A program made the translations under genes and the position numbers. A stretch of 64,000 bases of DNA, taken from NCBI GenBank assembly GCA_010909165.1, contig VJWM01000193.1:62001-126000 (forward strand), given 5' to 3'. Positions within the stretch are counted from its first letter, which is position 1. The number at the start of each line of letters is the position of its first letter. A model generated the notes under the pieces. The model was not told the DNA's origin. It searched no databases and worked only from the letters and a program-made list of their open reading frames with translations. Shown here piece after piece: positions 52,164 to 64,000 of this stretch. Origin of the DNA: Anthoceros angustus (taxonomy: Eukaryota > Plantae > Anthocerotophyta).

Positions 52164-53767
52164 ATGGCGGAGCGGGAGCGGGAGCGGGAACGGGAGCGGG
52201 AGATGGTGAGCGTCCCGGGCTCGCTGCTCATGCAGGTGCAGGAGGAGGAGGAGGAGGCGGGGCGGGCGGTGCCGTGGTGGAAGCGGACGGCGCAAGAGAA
52301 TGGGTTTGTGAAGCGCGCCAAGGCCCCCCCGGGGGAAGGGGGAGTGGCGGAGGCGGGAGCGGGAGGGAGGGGGAGCGGGAGAGGGAGAGGAGGGTGTTGT
52401 GGCTGCAGCGCGGCACAGATGTTGAAGCACGGGGTGGCGCTGGCAGTGGTGGCGGCGTCGGTGGTGGTGGTGCTGGCGTGCATTGGGCTGGGGCATCCGG
52501 CGGTGAGGGCGTCGGAGCGGGCGTCGGCGGGGCCGCAGGGCGGGGGGCAGCAGTTGAGCAGGCCGCTCAAGAGGCTGAGCAGGCCGGTGGTGATCCTGGT
52601 GTCGGCGGACGGCTTCCGGTGGGGGTACAACCTGAAGGTGGCGACGCCCAATCTGGACAGGCTGCGGGAGAACGGGACGGAGGCGGAGGCGGGGCTGATC
52701 CCCGTCTACCCGACGCTCACGTTCCCCAACCACTACTCCATCGCCACGGGCCTGTACCCGGCGTGGCACGGCATCATCGCCAACAGCTTCCGGGACCCGG
52801 ACCCGGCCTCCTCGGACCGCTTCTACCAGGGCAACCTGGACCCCAAGTGGTGGCTGGGCGAGCCCATCTGGGAGACTTGCGCCAAGGCTGGCCTCCCGGC
52901 GGCCACCTACTTCTGGCCGGGCTCCGAGGTGGTGAAGCCCCCATGGAACTGCCCGCCCGCCTTCTGCCAGCAGTACAACGGGAGCGTGCCCTTCGACCAG
53001 CGGGTGGATGCGGTGCTGGGCTACCTGGACCTCCCGGACCCGGACCGCCCCGCCTTCATCTCCCTCTACTTCGAGGTGCCGGACCACCCGGGCCACGAAG
53101 TCGGCCCCGACCACCCCGACATCGACGACGCCGTGTCCGCCATCGACCGCCTCATGGGCCGCCTCCTGGACGGGCTGGACGCGCGCAACGTCTCGGACGA
53201 CGCCACCGTCATCCTGGTCGGGGACCACGGCATGGTGGGCAACTGCGACTCCCGCCTCATCTTCCTGGACGACCTGGAGCCCTTCGACCACATCCCGGAC
53301 TCGTGGCTGGACTCGGTGAGCCCCGTGCTGGCCATCTCCCGCCCCCGGGGGTCGACGTCCCGGCGCTCTTCGCCAACGTCACCCGCGCCCTCAACGCCCC
53401 CGACGCGGAGGCGGACAACGCGCAGCACCTCAAGCTCTACCTCAAGGAAGACCTCCCGCCCCGCCTCCACTACAGCTCCAGCGACCGCGTCTGGCCCATC
53501 GTCGGCATCGCGGACGAGGGCTACAAGGTGCTGCGCAGCCGCGGCGACGGCCACTGCTGCGGGGGAGCCCACGGCTACGACAACGCCCTCCTCTCCATGC
53601 GCACCGTCTTCATGGCCTCCGGCCCCCGGTTCGCCCGCGGCCGCAAGGTCCCCGCCTTCGAGAACGTGCAGCTCTACAACGTCATGGCCGCCATCCTCAA
53701 CGTCTCCGCCGCGCCCAACAACGGCACCCCCTCCTTTGTGGATTCCATCCTCCTGCCCCTGCCCTAA
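52164..53767 (+). CDS. Type I phosphodiesterase / nucleotide pyrophosphatase (ENPP-like), intronless, with a 1-bp frameshift at about 53340 in a C homopolymer (likely sequencing error)
   Basis: N-terminal TM anchor, VILVSADGFRWGY, VYPTLTFPNHYSIATGLYPAWHGIIAN (catalytic Thr), KWWLGEPIWET, PDHPGHEVGP, ILVGDHGM, GGAHGYDN, FENVQLYNVM. Adding one C gives AISPPPGVDV and joins the two ORFs. Confidence 0.93.
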
Positions 53768-54529
53768 CACCCTCCTCTTGCCCTTGCTGTGGTGCCCATG
53801 GCTAGGGTTCGGGGCCCATGGTCCTGTCAGGAGCTCTGTCTTCAGCAGCTTGTTTCGTTGCAGCGGATGAGGAGAGGAGGAGATGTGCTTCTGAGGGAGA
53901 GCCGTTTCGGACTGGTGAACGATGCTCTATGATGATGCTTTGATAGTCCGACATGGGTTTTTGGGGCAAGGCGGGTCGACACTTTCAGCTGTGGCCTCTG
54001 TTTGTATCATTTGAGGAAAAGGGACATGGCCAGGAATGCAGAGATTCAGCAGGCAGGCAGGCAAGCAGGCACTTGTAGAGTGCCGGGGAAGAAGAGGAGG
54101 CAGGTGGTGGATGCCCGAAGGGCTTCCCTCTGAGTGCCTCCCGAAACAGAAGCAGGCCCATAGTGTCCTCAGCATCTAAGTTCTGAGTTCACGGTTGCGA
54201 ACAATGACAAGATGCAAATGCTACATTACGATTTTTACTATCGCATTGAAAAACTGGCGTATTTAAGCCAATCTGAGTTGTCTCCGACATGCGGCTTCTG
54301 ATGCAAGAGACTTTGAGGAGCTACTCCTTGTTTCATGTTGTAGGAACTACGTAAAGTCTTTCTATTCAGGTTGTTGGCTGGCTCTTGTTGCTACGGTCTA
54401 CACTTGTTGGTGAGCCTCTCTGATGACATTTTGCTTGCCCTTTTCTTCTAGTTGGGCATCTTTGTGTCTGTTAGATGTGTCAAGTGTCTTGCAACTAAAG
54501 TCTGAGGTGAGTATTTGCCTTGGAACTAA

Positions 54530-55060
54530 TGACTGAGGTAAGTGACTTGCTAAGTTCCCAACAGATCTAAGGAAAGCATAAACACTTCGGGAAGTCATAA
54601 ACTAAATCTCCAACACAACACCGAAGAAGTGTCCAATACAACATGGACTAAGTGTCCAACATAAGAACTGTGTGAGGTAAGTGTCTTGCTAAGTTCCCAA
54701 CAAATACTTCGGGAAGTCTTAAACCAAATCTCCAACACCACACCAAATATAAACTAAATCTCCAACACAACACCAAATAAACTGTGAGGTAAGTGTCTTG
54801 CTAAGTTCCCAACAAATACTTCGGGAAGTCATAAACTAAATCTCCAACACAACACCAAATAAACGTCCAACACAACATAGGCTAAGTGTCCAACATAACA
54901 TGAACTGTGTGAGGTAAGTGTCTTGCTAAGTTCCCAACACATCTAAGGAAAGCATAAATACTTCGGGAAGTCATAAACTAAATCTCCAACACAACCCAAA
55001 ATAAGTGTCCAATACAACATGGACTAAGTGTCCAACATAACATGAACTATGCTACCAACA
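54530..55060. repeat. Imperfect 110-140-bp minisatellite, about 4 units
   Basis: gaggtaagtg...gctaagttcccaaca...cttcgggaagtc...aaatctccaacac recurs at about 54535, 54674, 54786 and 54911. Confidence 0.85.
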
Positions 55061-55247
55061 CAACAAATCATAAGCTTAGTCAACACATCATATCAAGCTT
55101 ATTAAGGCATATTATGAGCCCCCAATACGTCACAAGTTTATGCATCCAACACAGCACATTATAAGTTTAGGCTAGGAAGGCATAATAAACTAAACGTCCA
55201 ACACAACTCGTGTGGGTTAAACTATTCACAACTCATATGGGTTAAAC

Positions 55248-55482
55248 CATAAGTTTAGGCTAGGAAGGCGTAATCTAAACCCCCAATACATCTCAATGAA
55301 CTACCGTAAGCTTAGGCTAGGAAGGCGTAATCTAAACCCCCAATACATCCCAATGAACCACCGTAAGTTTAGGCTACGAAGGTGTAATCTAAACCCTCAA
55401 TACATCCCAATGAACTACCGTAAGCTTAGGTTAGGAAGGCATAATCTAAACCCCCGACACATCCCAGTGAACCAATAAGCTT
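55248..55482. repeat. About 60-bp minisatellite x4
   Basis: taag(c/t)ttaggctaggaaggcgtaatctaaacccccaatacatcccaatgaac(t/c)accg is repeated. Confidence 0.88.
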
Positions 55483-56671
55483 GGAAGGTATACACGAGAT
55501 ATGAATATTTTGATATATTATATAGATTAAAATATATATTTCTTAGGTTATGAAACCATAAACTAACTGCGATTATGCTGATAGTTGAGACGATAAACTA
55601 AGCTCGCAAGATGTCTTATAACATTAAAAGTTGTTTGTCTCCATGAGTTGTTTACCTCTAAGAAGTGTTGTCCGCTTCTCCAGGTTGTTTGCCTCTAAAA
55701 GTCCTTGTTAAAAGTTCTTTGTCTCTAAGAGTTGTTTGCCTTTAAGAAGTATTGTCCGCCTCTCAAAGTTGTTTGCCTCTAAGAATCCTTGTTCGTCTCG
55801 AAGAATCCTTGTTCGCCTCCAACAATCCTTGTTCACCTTTAAAAGTTGAGTTGGCCAGGTTAGTGTAGCTAGGGAAGTTAGATGAGTTAGTGGAGTTAGA
55901 AAGCGAAAAGCACTAAGCTTCCAACATATTTTGGTGAAACAATAAGCTTAGATATACGAGATATATATATATATATACATATATTATAATACTTCACGAA
56001 ATGTTAGCAATCATATGGATGCATAACTATCTTCTACTTATTTTCCAATTTTTCATGGATCTTCAAATTTGCAAATAGAGAAAACAGCTTCAAGCTTGGT
56101 ACCAAACCTTTGATTGTACCTTTCAAAGGCATGGAGCCCATGGAAGATCAATCTATAGCCCGGCATAGTTTTAATAAGTGTAAATTTTTTCCTTAGATTG
56201 GAGAAGTATTCTTTGCTTACGAATGTCTTGGAGAAGTATACTTCTTCATATAGAAGAGAATTTAACTTTTTATTTAATCAAGATTGAATTAATGTAAGTA
56301 TTTGAACATCATGTTGTAATCAAGATTGAACCCAAATGAGTATTTAAACAAATGAACTATTTTCTAACTTATATTTGAATTTAATAGACACTTTTAATCC
56401 CGATACATTTCCCTTCTACACATATAGAAGGCCTAACAAATGAGCCAAAGAGCTATGACAAATGAATCATCTCTGACCAATACTCTGCACTCACATTCAC
56501 ACTATGCACAATTTTTTTACTATCAAGAGCAAGGTCCACACATGCCCCATTGCAACATCTTAGACCTTCAGTGCAAGAGTAAAACAAATCACAATTGCCT
56601 TCCAAGAATGACATCGCATCTTTTGTTGTTAGTGGTGCAAACTACAAGGACTTTAGAGTTGAAGCCTCAAG

Positions 56672-56935
56672 TGATGGCATACGCCGAGCATCTATTGTGT
56701 TCACCTCAAGGGATGGCATACGTCGAGCATCTATTGTGTTCACCTCAAGGGATGGCATACGTCGAGCATCTATTGTGTTCACCTCAAGGGATAGATCGAG
56801 CATCCATTGTGTTCATTTTAAGGGATGTCGTACGTTGAGCATCTATTGTGTTCACCTCTGGCAAACGCCGAGCATCTTCTGTATTCACCTCAAGGGATGG
56901 CATACGCCGAGCATCAAGTGTGTTCACATCAAGGA
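56672..56935. repeat. 39-bp minisatellite, about 7 units
   Basis: gatggcatacg(c/t)cgagcatctattgtgttcacctcaagg is repeated and degenerates toward the 3' end. Confidence 0.9.
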
Positions 56936-57638
56936 ATATCAACGTAGAAATAAGTAAGAATATGAAAAAACAGTTGAAATGTGCCATATTTTCAATAGAT
57001 TAGGGGTAGTATATGATAGAAAGAGATGTAAAAACAGTCATAAATGAAAAGAGATGAAAAATAGTGGGAATGTGGGCTGCATATATAGAGTATAAATCAT
57101 GATTCTCGAATTTTAAATACTCAGGAACTTGATTATACTAATCTTTGGACAATTATTAAGGTTATTAATAGCAGTTTAAATATAACTTAAATATGATATA
57201 TATATATAAATTTTAATTATGACCGTGATTGAATAGATTGTTAATTAAGATTATACACAAGTGTCATAAAAACAAGTGGTGCTGCAAGAGATTGGGAGCT
57301 CTCTTTGCTAGGTGTCCTCTACTAAGAAAGTCGTTTCTACAATGTACTGGGATTCTCTGGTGGCTACAAAGAGAGTGAGGCTCTCTTGCTTGGTGTCCTA
57401 CAAGAAGTCGTTTGTACAATGTATTGAGATTCTCTTGTAGCCTTGTGATTCTCTTGTGGGGACAAGAGAGTTGAGAGCTCTCCATGTAATAGGATTCTCT
57501 TGTGGCTACATGTACTCCTGGGTAATTCTAAAGGCACACCTTGCCCCAGTTTACAAAGGGCAAGATGCAGGATAACAAAGCGCATCACTCCGCTTTCTTA
57601 AGATGTACTAGCCTACTCTACTTCTATGTTTGTGATAC

Positions 57639-58617
57639 TTACTGGAAGCTGATAAATCTTCTGAGGGAAGCCACGAGGCTGGGTGGCCAGTGCTTGTTCT
57701 GCTGCACCCAGGCTGGGTCAGTGTACCTTGGATCCATCAGAGTGGCTAAGGTGAATTGTTGCTCAGCTGGTATGACAGCGTGCTTGTCCGAGTATAGTGC
57801 AGCAGCAAGAGCAGCATGGACTTCCGGGTATCCTCTTAGGCTGATGGATGTGTCCTCCATCTCCAAGATGGCCTCCCCTCGATCCCCAACTTCGTACAGT
57901 GCAATAGCACGTCCCACTCTTGCATACTCGGCCAAAGCCAGATCCCCAGCTTGACTGGTAATCTATGTGGCACACAAACCAATAGGAACAGAACATGAGC
58001 ATCTGATTCAGGACCACTCGCTGCACCAATTGCACAACATGCAAGTTCAGCTTTCACACATCCGATGCAAGGCTCACCTGGTTGAAGCATCGAAGTGCCT
58101 CGGAAAAGTCACCCTCGGCCTGGGCCTGCTTCCCCCTCTCCAGGAGAACGACTGCCTCTGATACACGGGCTGAGAATTTGTCGCTCTCCTCCTTCTCGGC
58201 TGCCGACACAGGATCATACCACTGTATGCTTCCTTGGCTGGACGCTACCGCCAAATTCTCGAACAAGATGGGCCCCCACATGGCCTCGCATGCTGGAGGC
58301 TGCCACAGCAGGAAGGAGAGCACCACTGCCACAACCCAGTTGCTGGAAGCAGGATGCGAAGGCGAGGTATCAGCTGCTGCTTCCTGCTGTCGGGAAAGGA
58401 GAGTTTTCAAGATTGGAGCTCCTGCAGGCAATTCGAATCTGCCAGCACTTCGTCGAGGAGCAGCCTTCAAGCAGGCCACAATCCTCAATTGCCGCCGTCT
58501 CCCTTTCCTCCGCCCTTGTTGCAACCCACAACGGTGGTGCAGCTCTGAAGCTCGTCTTTGGTACAGAGCTGCAGACAGACACCCCGAGCAGGCAGCTGGC
58601 AGAACGGACGATCCCAT
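57639..58617 (-). CDS. TPR-like protein, probably chloroplast-targeted (2 exons)
   Basis: Transit-peptide-like N-terminus, a hydrophobic stretch, then LLERGKQAQAEGDFSEAL, AEYARVGRAIALYEVGDRGEAI, GYPEVHAALAAALY, KHWPPSLVASLRRFI. It resembles the conserved plant/cyanobacterial TPR family. Confidence 0.85.
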
Positions 58618-58864
58618 TCCCAGTCCCCCCGCCTCAGCTGCGCGTACAGAGTACCGCCCACAGACGAAAACCCGAGGCTTTCATCAGACATCGTTCACAG
58701 CCGGTGTTGTTTGAATGAGGACACGACAGCCGCGAACTTGGGCTGGCAAAGTAGAGGTGGAGAATTTGCGTGCTTTTTCTGGGGCAGTTATTGGACTACT
58801 TCAGCCGTTGAAAGACTCACCGGACCCACGTGCAATAATCTGTCTTTCATCCAAAATTACACCC

Positions 58865-60878
58865 ATGGCTGCGTTTCTCCGGCGGCAGATTTGCAGGAGC
58901 GGTGTTGGGCGGTTGATGTTCCCTCAGACCTGGGCACCACATGCTTCCGGAATTCCTCCGCCCTCTGCAGCCGGGGGAGCTTCGGTTGCAGGCTGTGGCA
59001 GCTCTGAGTGCACGGCTGATGGGGCTAGAGAGGGCTTGGAGCGGGTGTGGGAACGGGGGTTCAAGACAGACGCCTGTAGGTTTAGGTCAGATGTTGCCGC
59101 TGTAGGGATTCAGGATGGTGCAGATGAGGACGATCGGGGTGGGGCAGCCCACATTGCCGCAAGAGGATGGCAGGTTCTGGAGGAAAGTGAGAGTGACTGG
59201 AAAAGTCATGCCGCAGCTGTGGCAGCCTCTGTTGGATTCATCAAGGCCAGAATGCAGGTTGGGTGAGATTTGCGGAGTTTTGCAATGGCTGCTGGGATGG
59301 AAAATTGTGAATGCCTGTCTGATAGACAAGTTTGCGTGCTGGGGCCTGGTGGTAGTGGGGGAAGGTTCTGGCCAGGTTGAGATTGCTGGATGAGGAATTG
59401 GCACGGCCGGATCTTTGGGAGGACCCATCTGCGGCGGTGGAGCGTGGTCGGGAGCGGGGATCCTTGGCTGCTAAGGTGCAGGGTTTGAGGGACATCGAAG
59501 CAGAGCTTGTGGAACATGTTGATATGGCAGAGCTGGCTGTGGAAGAGAACGATTTGCAAGTCCAAGCTGTAGGTACACTTCTGTTCATATTACACACAGG
59601 CTTGGGAGATGGTGTTTCACATCTGCAGCATTGTTTGGGGCAAATCGTGTATCATGTTGTTTCCATTGCAGGAAGTGAGGACATCTCTTGCAAGGTTACG
59701 GAAGGCCGCCAAGGAGAAAGAGATTGCTGCCCTTCTGGATGGAAAGCATGATGCCCGCCCCTGCTACCTGGAGGTTTGTGCCACATTCCGCTGCATGGGG
59801 CTCGTGCGTTGCAGACAGTTTGGGTGATGTCGTGCTCCTGCAAGCAGGTGCAAGCAGGAGCCGGTGGGACAGAGAGTTGTGACTGGGCAGCCATGGTCAT
59901 GCGAATGTACAAGCTGTGGGCTGGTCGTCGAGGTTTTCAAATTTCAGGGGTGGACGAGACTGAAGGAGAGGAAGCAGGAATTAAGGTATGTCTTGTAGCC
60001 TCCTTTTTGCGACTTGATGACGAACTGAGAGAACGACCATCTTAGACCACACAAAAGATGCTTGTCATTGCAACAGAGGGCCACAATCCGGCTGGATGGG
60101 GAGTTCGCCTTCGGGCTTGTGAAAACGGAGGCTGGTGTGCACAGATTGGTCCGGATATCTCCATTTGACAGTGCCAACCGTCGGCATACTTCCTTTGCTG
60201 CTGTGGCTGTGATGCCTGTCCTGGACGACTCGGAAGTGACCATCAAGATCAGAGATGAGGACTTGCGAATCGAGAGATTCCGTGCAGGCGGAGCTGGAGG
60301 GCAACATGTGAACAAGACAGAAAGTGCCGTGCGCATAGTGCACATACCCAGCGGCATCGTAGTCCAGTGCCAAGCCGACAGGTACATGTCGCAGGCACAG
60401 GGCAGCCAGGTAGCTCATCGTCTGTCTGCTTGCTCCCAGAATGCATGTCCCTAACCCACATCAACCTCCCTGTATCCACAAGGTCACAGCACCGAAACAA
60501 GCAAACAGCCATGGGAGTGCTGCACTCCCGGCTGTACGCGCAGGAGGCGGCAAGAAGGGCACAAGATGCTATGCAACACAGAGTGTCAGCTGGATTCACT
60601 TCATGGGGCAATCAAATCCGCTCCTACGTGCTGCAGGTATGCCACCTCCCACCCCTTTCCCCTGATTTGCAAAACCTGCTCCTCCTCGCCTTCCCTCTTA
60701 ACACTCTCCTTCTCCTCATGCCCTGCAGCCGTACCAGATGGTGAAGGATCTCCGAACAGGATGTGAGGACAGTAATCCTTCTGCCGTACTCGATGGAGAC
60801 ATCGACAGATTCATCTTCAGCTTCCTCTCCACAATGACCCAACCAATGGACGGAGGGATAACAAGAAGAGTGTCATAA
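58865..60878 (+). CDS. prfB: Organellar peptide chain release factor 2, mitochondrial PrfB2-like, multi-exon
   Basis: [36 protein letters not shown] (SPF stop-codon motif of RF2), [19 protein letters not shown] (GGQ), [10 protein letters not shown]|[20 protein letters not shown]. Confidence 0.95.
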
Positions 60879-61194
60879 GCCTTACTGGATGTAACCTTTC
60901 TTCTGTCACCACTGCAACAGAGCTTCTGTCAGCCATCTCATCTCTTTCCACAAAAACAAGCACATCCGTCCACACAAAAAACTGTCACACAGTCCCCACT
61001 CCTCAAGTCAGTCACGACTAAACAGACCCGACCTCAAAAGCTCCAGAATCACGCCCCCCAGTCCCGGTCCCATCCACTACCCAATCCCATCGCCCGGCAG
61101 GTCGTTTGAAGTACATCAACCATCGCACTCGTCCTCTGCCGTCTAAACAGACGCCGAGTCGGCGACGGGGATGCTCCGGTCGGCGTGAAATCCA

Positions 61195-61385
61195 GACAGT
61201 CCCACGTGGATCTCGTGGGCTGCAGGCCCACTGACGTGGCGCAAGCAGGGCCAACAATTGCCGGCTGGCGTGGCGCGGACGTGGAAGCCGTGGCTGGGAT
61301 GCGGGTCCGTGCCGTTCCACCGTGGACGAAAACGCAAAAATTCTTGTGGATGCAGAAATTCGAAAACCCAAAGGCCCGGTCCTCC
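61195..61385. promoter_or_regulatory. Cluster of ACGT-core G-box/ABRE-like and GGCCC site-II-like motifs about 1.1 kb upstream of SSII
   Basis: ccacgtgg (about 61202), gacgtggc (about 61233), gacgtgg (about 61279) and several ggccc. Short motifs can arise by chance. Confidence 0.25.
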
Positions 61386-62404
61386 GTCAACCATGTTCTG
61401 TAAGCATAGGATATCCTATCCTGCGAATTTCGTATCAATATTTGCTGAATGAATAACAATGTGTAAGGTTAGCCATCTTACAATGTTTATGGATCATTCC
61501 TAAACCTCATTGATACAAGTATATAGTGAATCAAAGAGACTTTATTGAAAATCGAGAGATGGGTGAGTCTATCTCTTGGGAATATCATATGGTGGAGTCC
61601 TCGAGCGTCATAGAGAAAAGAAATAAGAAGCTCCATGTCTAAGTAAGATCACCTAATAATGCATATGATATCATAACTAGGAAGATTGAATGGCATACAT
61701 ACTACAAAAGTTGTCTAAGATACATCTCCAATGATCATCGCGGTTCACAGGAATGGGAGACATGAGTAGATCTTGCTATTAGTTTTCGATATATTTAAAT
61801 TTTTTAGATAAATTGTAAATATTTTAAACTTTCTAATAAAAACAAGCTCACATGACGAGGCAAACCAACTTACCTGCCTGGTGGGATGGTTAAGAACATC
61901 AGTGGATTCTATCTAAATGCAGTTTAGAATTTAATATAGTAATATTAATTAATTATTAGAAAGGGTTGATGGAAGAATTCCGGTTCATGTGCGTTTGTGT
62001 GTGAGAGTCGTGAGTCGTGTGGCATTTGTTACTTGGGCTGATGGGCTTCGTTTTCCGCGCGATTTTACCTGGCCCAGATGTTGCTTGCTTAGCAGCGATC
62101 CTCTGGCGCGGCTGTGCGGCCAGGCGCAGCCTGTGAGGTGAGAGACACAGGCGCAGACAGTCGCACAGACAGACGAAAGGGGACCCAATAAAAACCAGCA
62201 CAAGTCGCAGCGGAGAGTGGCAATCAAGAGTGCGCAGAGATCGTGAGGCGAGGTGCTTGCAGCAGGAGGCACCGTGGAAGCGGGAGCAGAGCTGCAGCCT
62301 TCTGGAATCCTGTATTTTCCGGCCTCCAGCAGCTGAGCAGGGTGGATGTGTGAACTGATGCGGGAGTAGGAGGGCGGCGGCAGGGCAGGCAGGGCGCGTT
62401 GGAG

Positions 62405-64000
62405 ATGGTGACCAGCGTGGGGCTGGGGGCCGGGACCGCCTCCTTCGTCACGGCATTCTCCAATTTGGAGTGCGCCTCCTCCTCGGCCTGCTCCTCGGCC
62501 GCCTCCTTCCCGGGGTCCACACCGTGCGGGGGCAGGCGGAGGGGGCTGCTGCAGCAGCGCCGGGAGCGGGACCGGGACCGGGACCGCCATGGAGGCTGGA
62601 TGTGGCAGCATGGCGGGGACGAGGCCCCCCGGCGGGCGCAGCCGGGAGCCAGAGGGAGGCAGCGCGGGCCGCAGAGGCCGAATGCGGAGGCCGGGGCCCG
62701 GCGGGGCGGCCAGGGACGCCAATGTGCGGGCCACTCTGGAGCAGGGGAAGAGGCTCCTGGCTATGCAGCGGGAGCTTCTGGAGCAGGTGGGTTTGGGGTG
62801 GGATGGCGTGGCAGCTGTGGATGCAGGATTCGTTGGCTTCCTGCATGGGATTCAGTGGCTGGGTGTGGGGGAATTGCGTTAGGGCTGGGCTGGGCTGGGC
62901 TGGGCGGGGTTTTGTGTTGTGTGTTGTGCTTGTTGACATGTGCTCTTGGCTGGAGCGCAGGTTGAGGAGCGGAAGAAGCTCTACTCTGCCATCGTGCATG
63001 GTTTTGACACGCCCAAGGAGTTGGGTGGTCAGGGAGATGCTGCTGATGATGGACAGGCTGATGGTGCGGGGAAAAATGCTGGGTCGTCGGCCAGGGGGTC
63101 GACCACGGCGTGGCCGTCTTCCCCTCCCTCTAGACTGCAACCTTCCTCTCCCACGCTGAGGCGGCAGACAAGTACGCCGTCGAATCCTGTTGTCTCTCCT
63201 CTGCAGCCCGTTCAATCGCCACTGCAGTCCATTGCTTCTCCACCCAGGCCCACACAGCCCTACACTGCACCTTCGACAAGTCCTGCCACCAGGGACTTGT
63301 TTGACCAAAAGCAGAATGCTGGCCCTGTAGCTGAAAAAGAAACAGATGCGGCGTTGCCGGAATTGACCACTGAAGAAGTTGGAGTCGTCCAAGATGACAA
63401 GCCACCTCCTTTAGCTGGGCCGAATGTTATGAACGTGGTCGTGGTGGCTGCTGAGTGTGCCCCGTGGTCCAAGACAGGTAAGCCTCTCCTGCTCCGGGCT
63501 GTTTCTTATGCCGTAGGAGGGAGGGGCATCCATTCTTTCAAGTTGACCTTATTTCTTTTCGTGCTTGGATAGGGGGTCTTGGTGACGTTGTTGGAGCTCT
63601 ACCGAAGGCGCTGGCAAGGCGTGGCCACCGTGTGATGGTAGTTAGTCAATCAGCTTCGTTGGGCTTCTCTTACTCAGAGAGGTGTTCGACTTTCTGGGAA
63701 AATTTTTGGAGGTACCCTTAACTTTCAGATTGGTTGCAGGTTGTGGCCCCTCGCTACAGCAACTATGCAGAGGCCTGGGAGACTGGAGTGCGGAAGATTT
63801 ACAATGTTGCTGGACAGGTAGGCTTTCATTTCTGCCTACCATTGTGTCATACTATTTCCTGCAGGGGTTGTTTACTCTCTCTGTCCCGAAGTTTGTCCGT
63901 CCTTATCTATACCATGAGACACTTGTAGTAAATGCTGAAATGTTTCCATGGTGGAGGCAGGATATGGAGGTGGGCTACTTCCACGGTTACATTGATGGTG
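62405..64000 (+). CDS. SS2: Soluble starch synthase II, 5' part (continues past the window end); probable 1-bp frameshift at about 62515 in the transit peptide
   Basis: [19 protein letters not shown]|VEERKKL coiled coil, [25 protein letters not shown]|[22 protein letters not shown]|VVAPRYSNY. The PPPLAGxNVMN motif is characteristic of SSII. Confidence 0.93.

Noticed and set aside
51923-53870. Long ORFs 51923-53767 (614 aa), 52164-53870 (568 aa) and antisense 52140-53291 as separate genes
   Set aside because: The two sense ORFs are halves of one frameshifted NPP gene. The antisense ORF reflects very high GC3.
56595-56957. 120-aa ORF with DGIRRASIVFTSR repeats as a repeat protein
   Set aside because: It is explained by a 39-bp (multiple of 3) minisatellite. 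It begins with a non-ATG codon and sits in AT-rich intergenic context.
61018-61459. Minus-strand ORFs of 117-136 aa after prfB
   Set aside because: The 117-aa ORF begins with a non-ATG codon and none shows a recognisable domain. The sequence looks more like a motif-rich regulatory region.
61865-61925. acttacctg resembles the U1 snRNA 5' end
   Set aside because: The following sequence does not match U1 (no GGACGGGGTC-type stem I, no Sm site). It is simply a splice-donor-like CAG|GTAAGT on the minus strand.

Overview
Eukaryotic nuclear DNA from a compact, short-intron plant genome. The combination of delta-tubulin (centriole/flagellum), a nuclear MurA with a long N-terminal extension, starch synthase II and organellar RF2 points to a non-flowering land plant with flagellated sperm, such as a hornwort, lycophyte or moss (inference). 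Host genes in order: delta-tubulin (plus a frameshifted mosaic second copy), Notchless/NLE1, a PMT/DUF248 methyltransferase, MurA, three divergent dirigent-like genes, MCM3, a PLA2-like protein, an UNC-93-like MFS protein, an LSMT-type SET protein, a nucleotide pyrophosphatase/phosphodiesterase, a TPR protein, mitochondrial-type PrfB2 and the 5' part of SSII. Repeats include a gag-deleted Tat-like Ty3/gypsy element with three RNase H-fold domains, two copies of an RLE-type non-LTR element with T-rich tails, a LINE 3' fragment, a TA-flanked MITE, a (TTC)n-tailed retroposon pair, telomere-like repeats and several minisatellites. Many single-base indels fall in homopolymers, which suggests an imperfectly polished long-read consensus, so several frameshifts and the 4.7-8.4 kb duplicate may be artefacts. 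All calls are by eye; no database searches were run.
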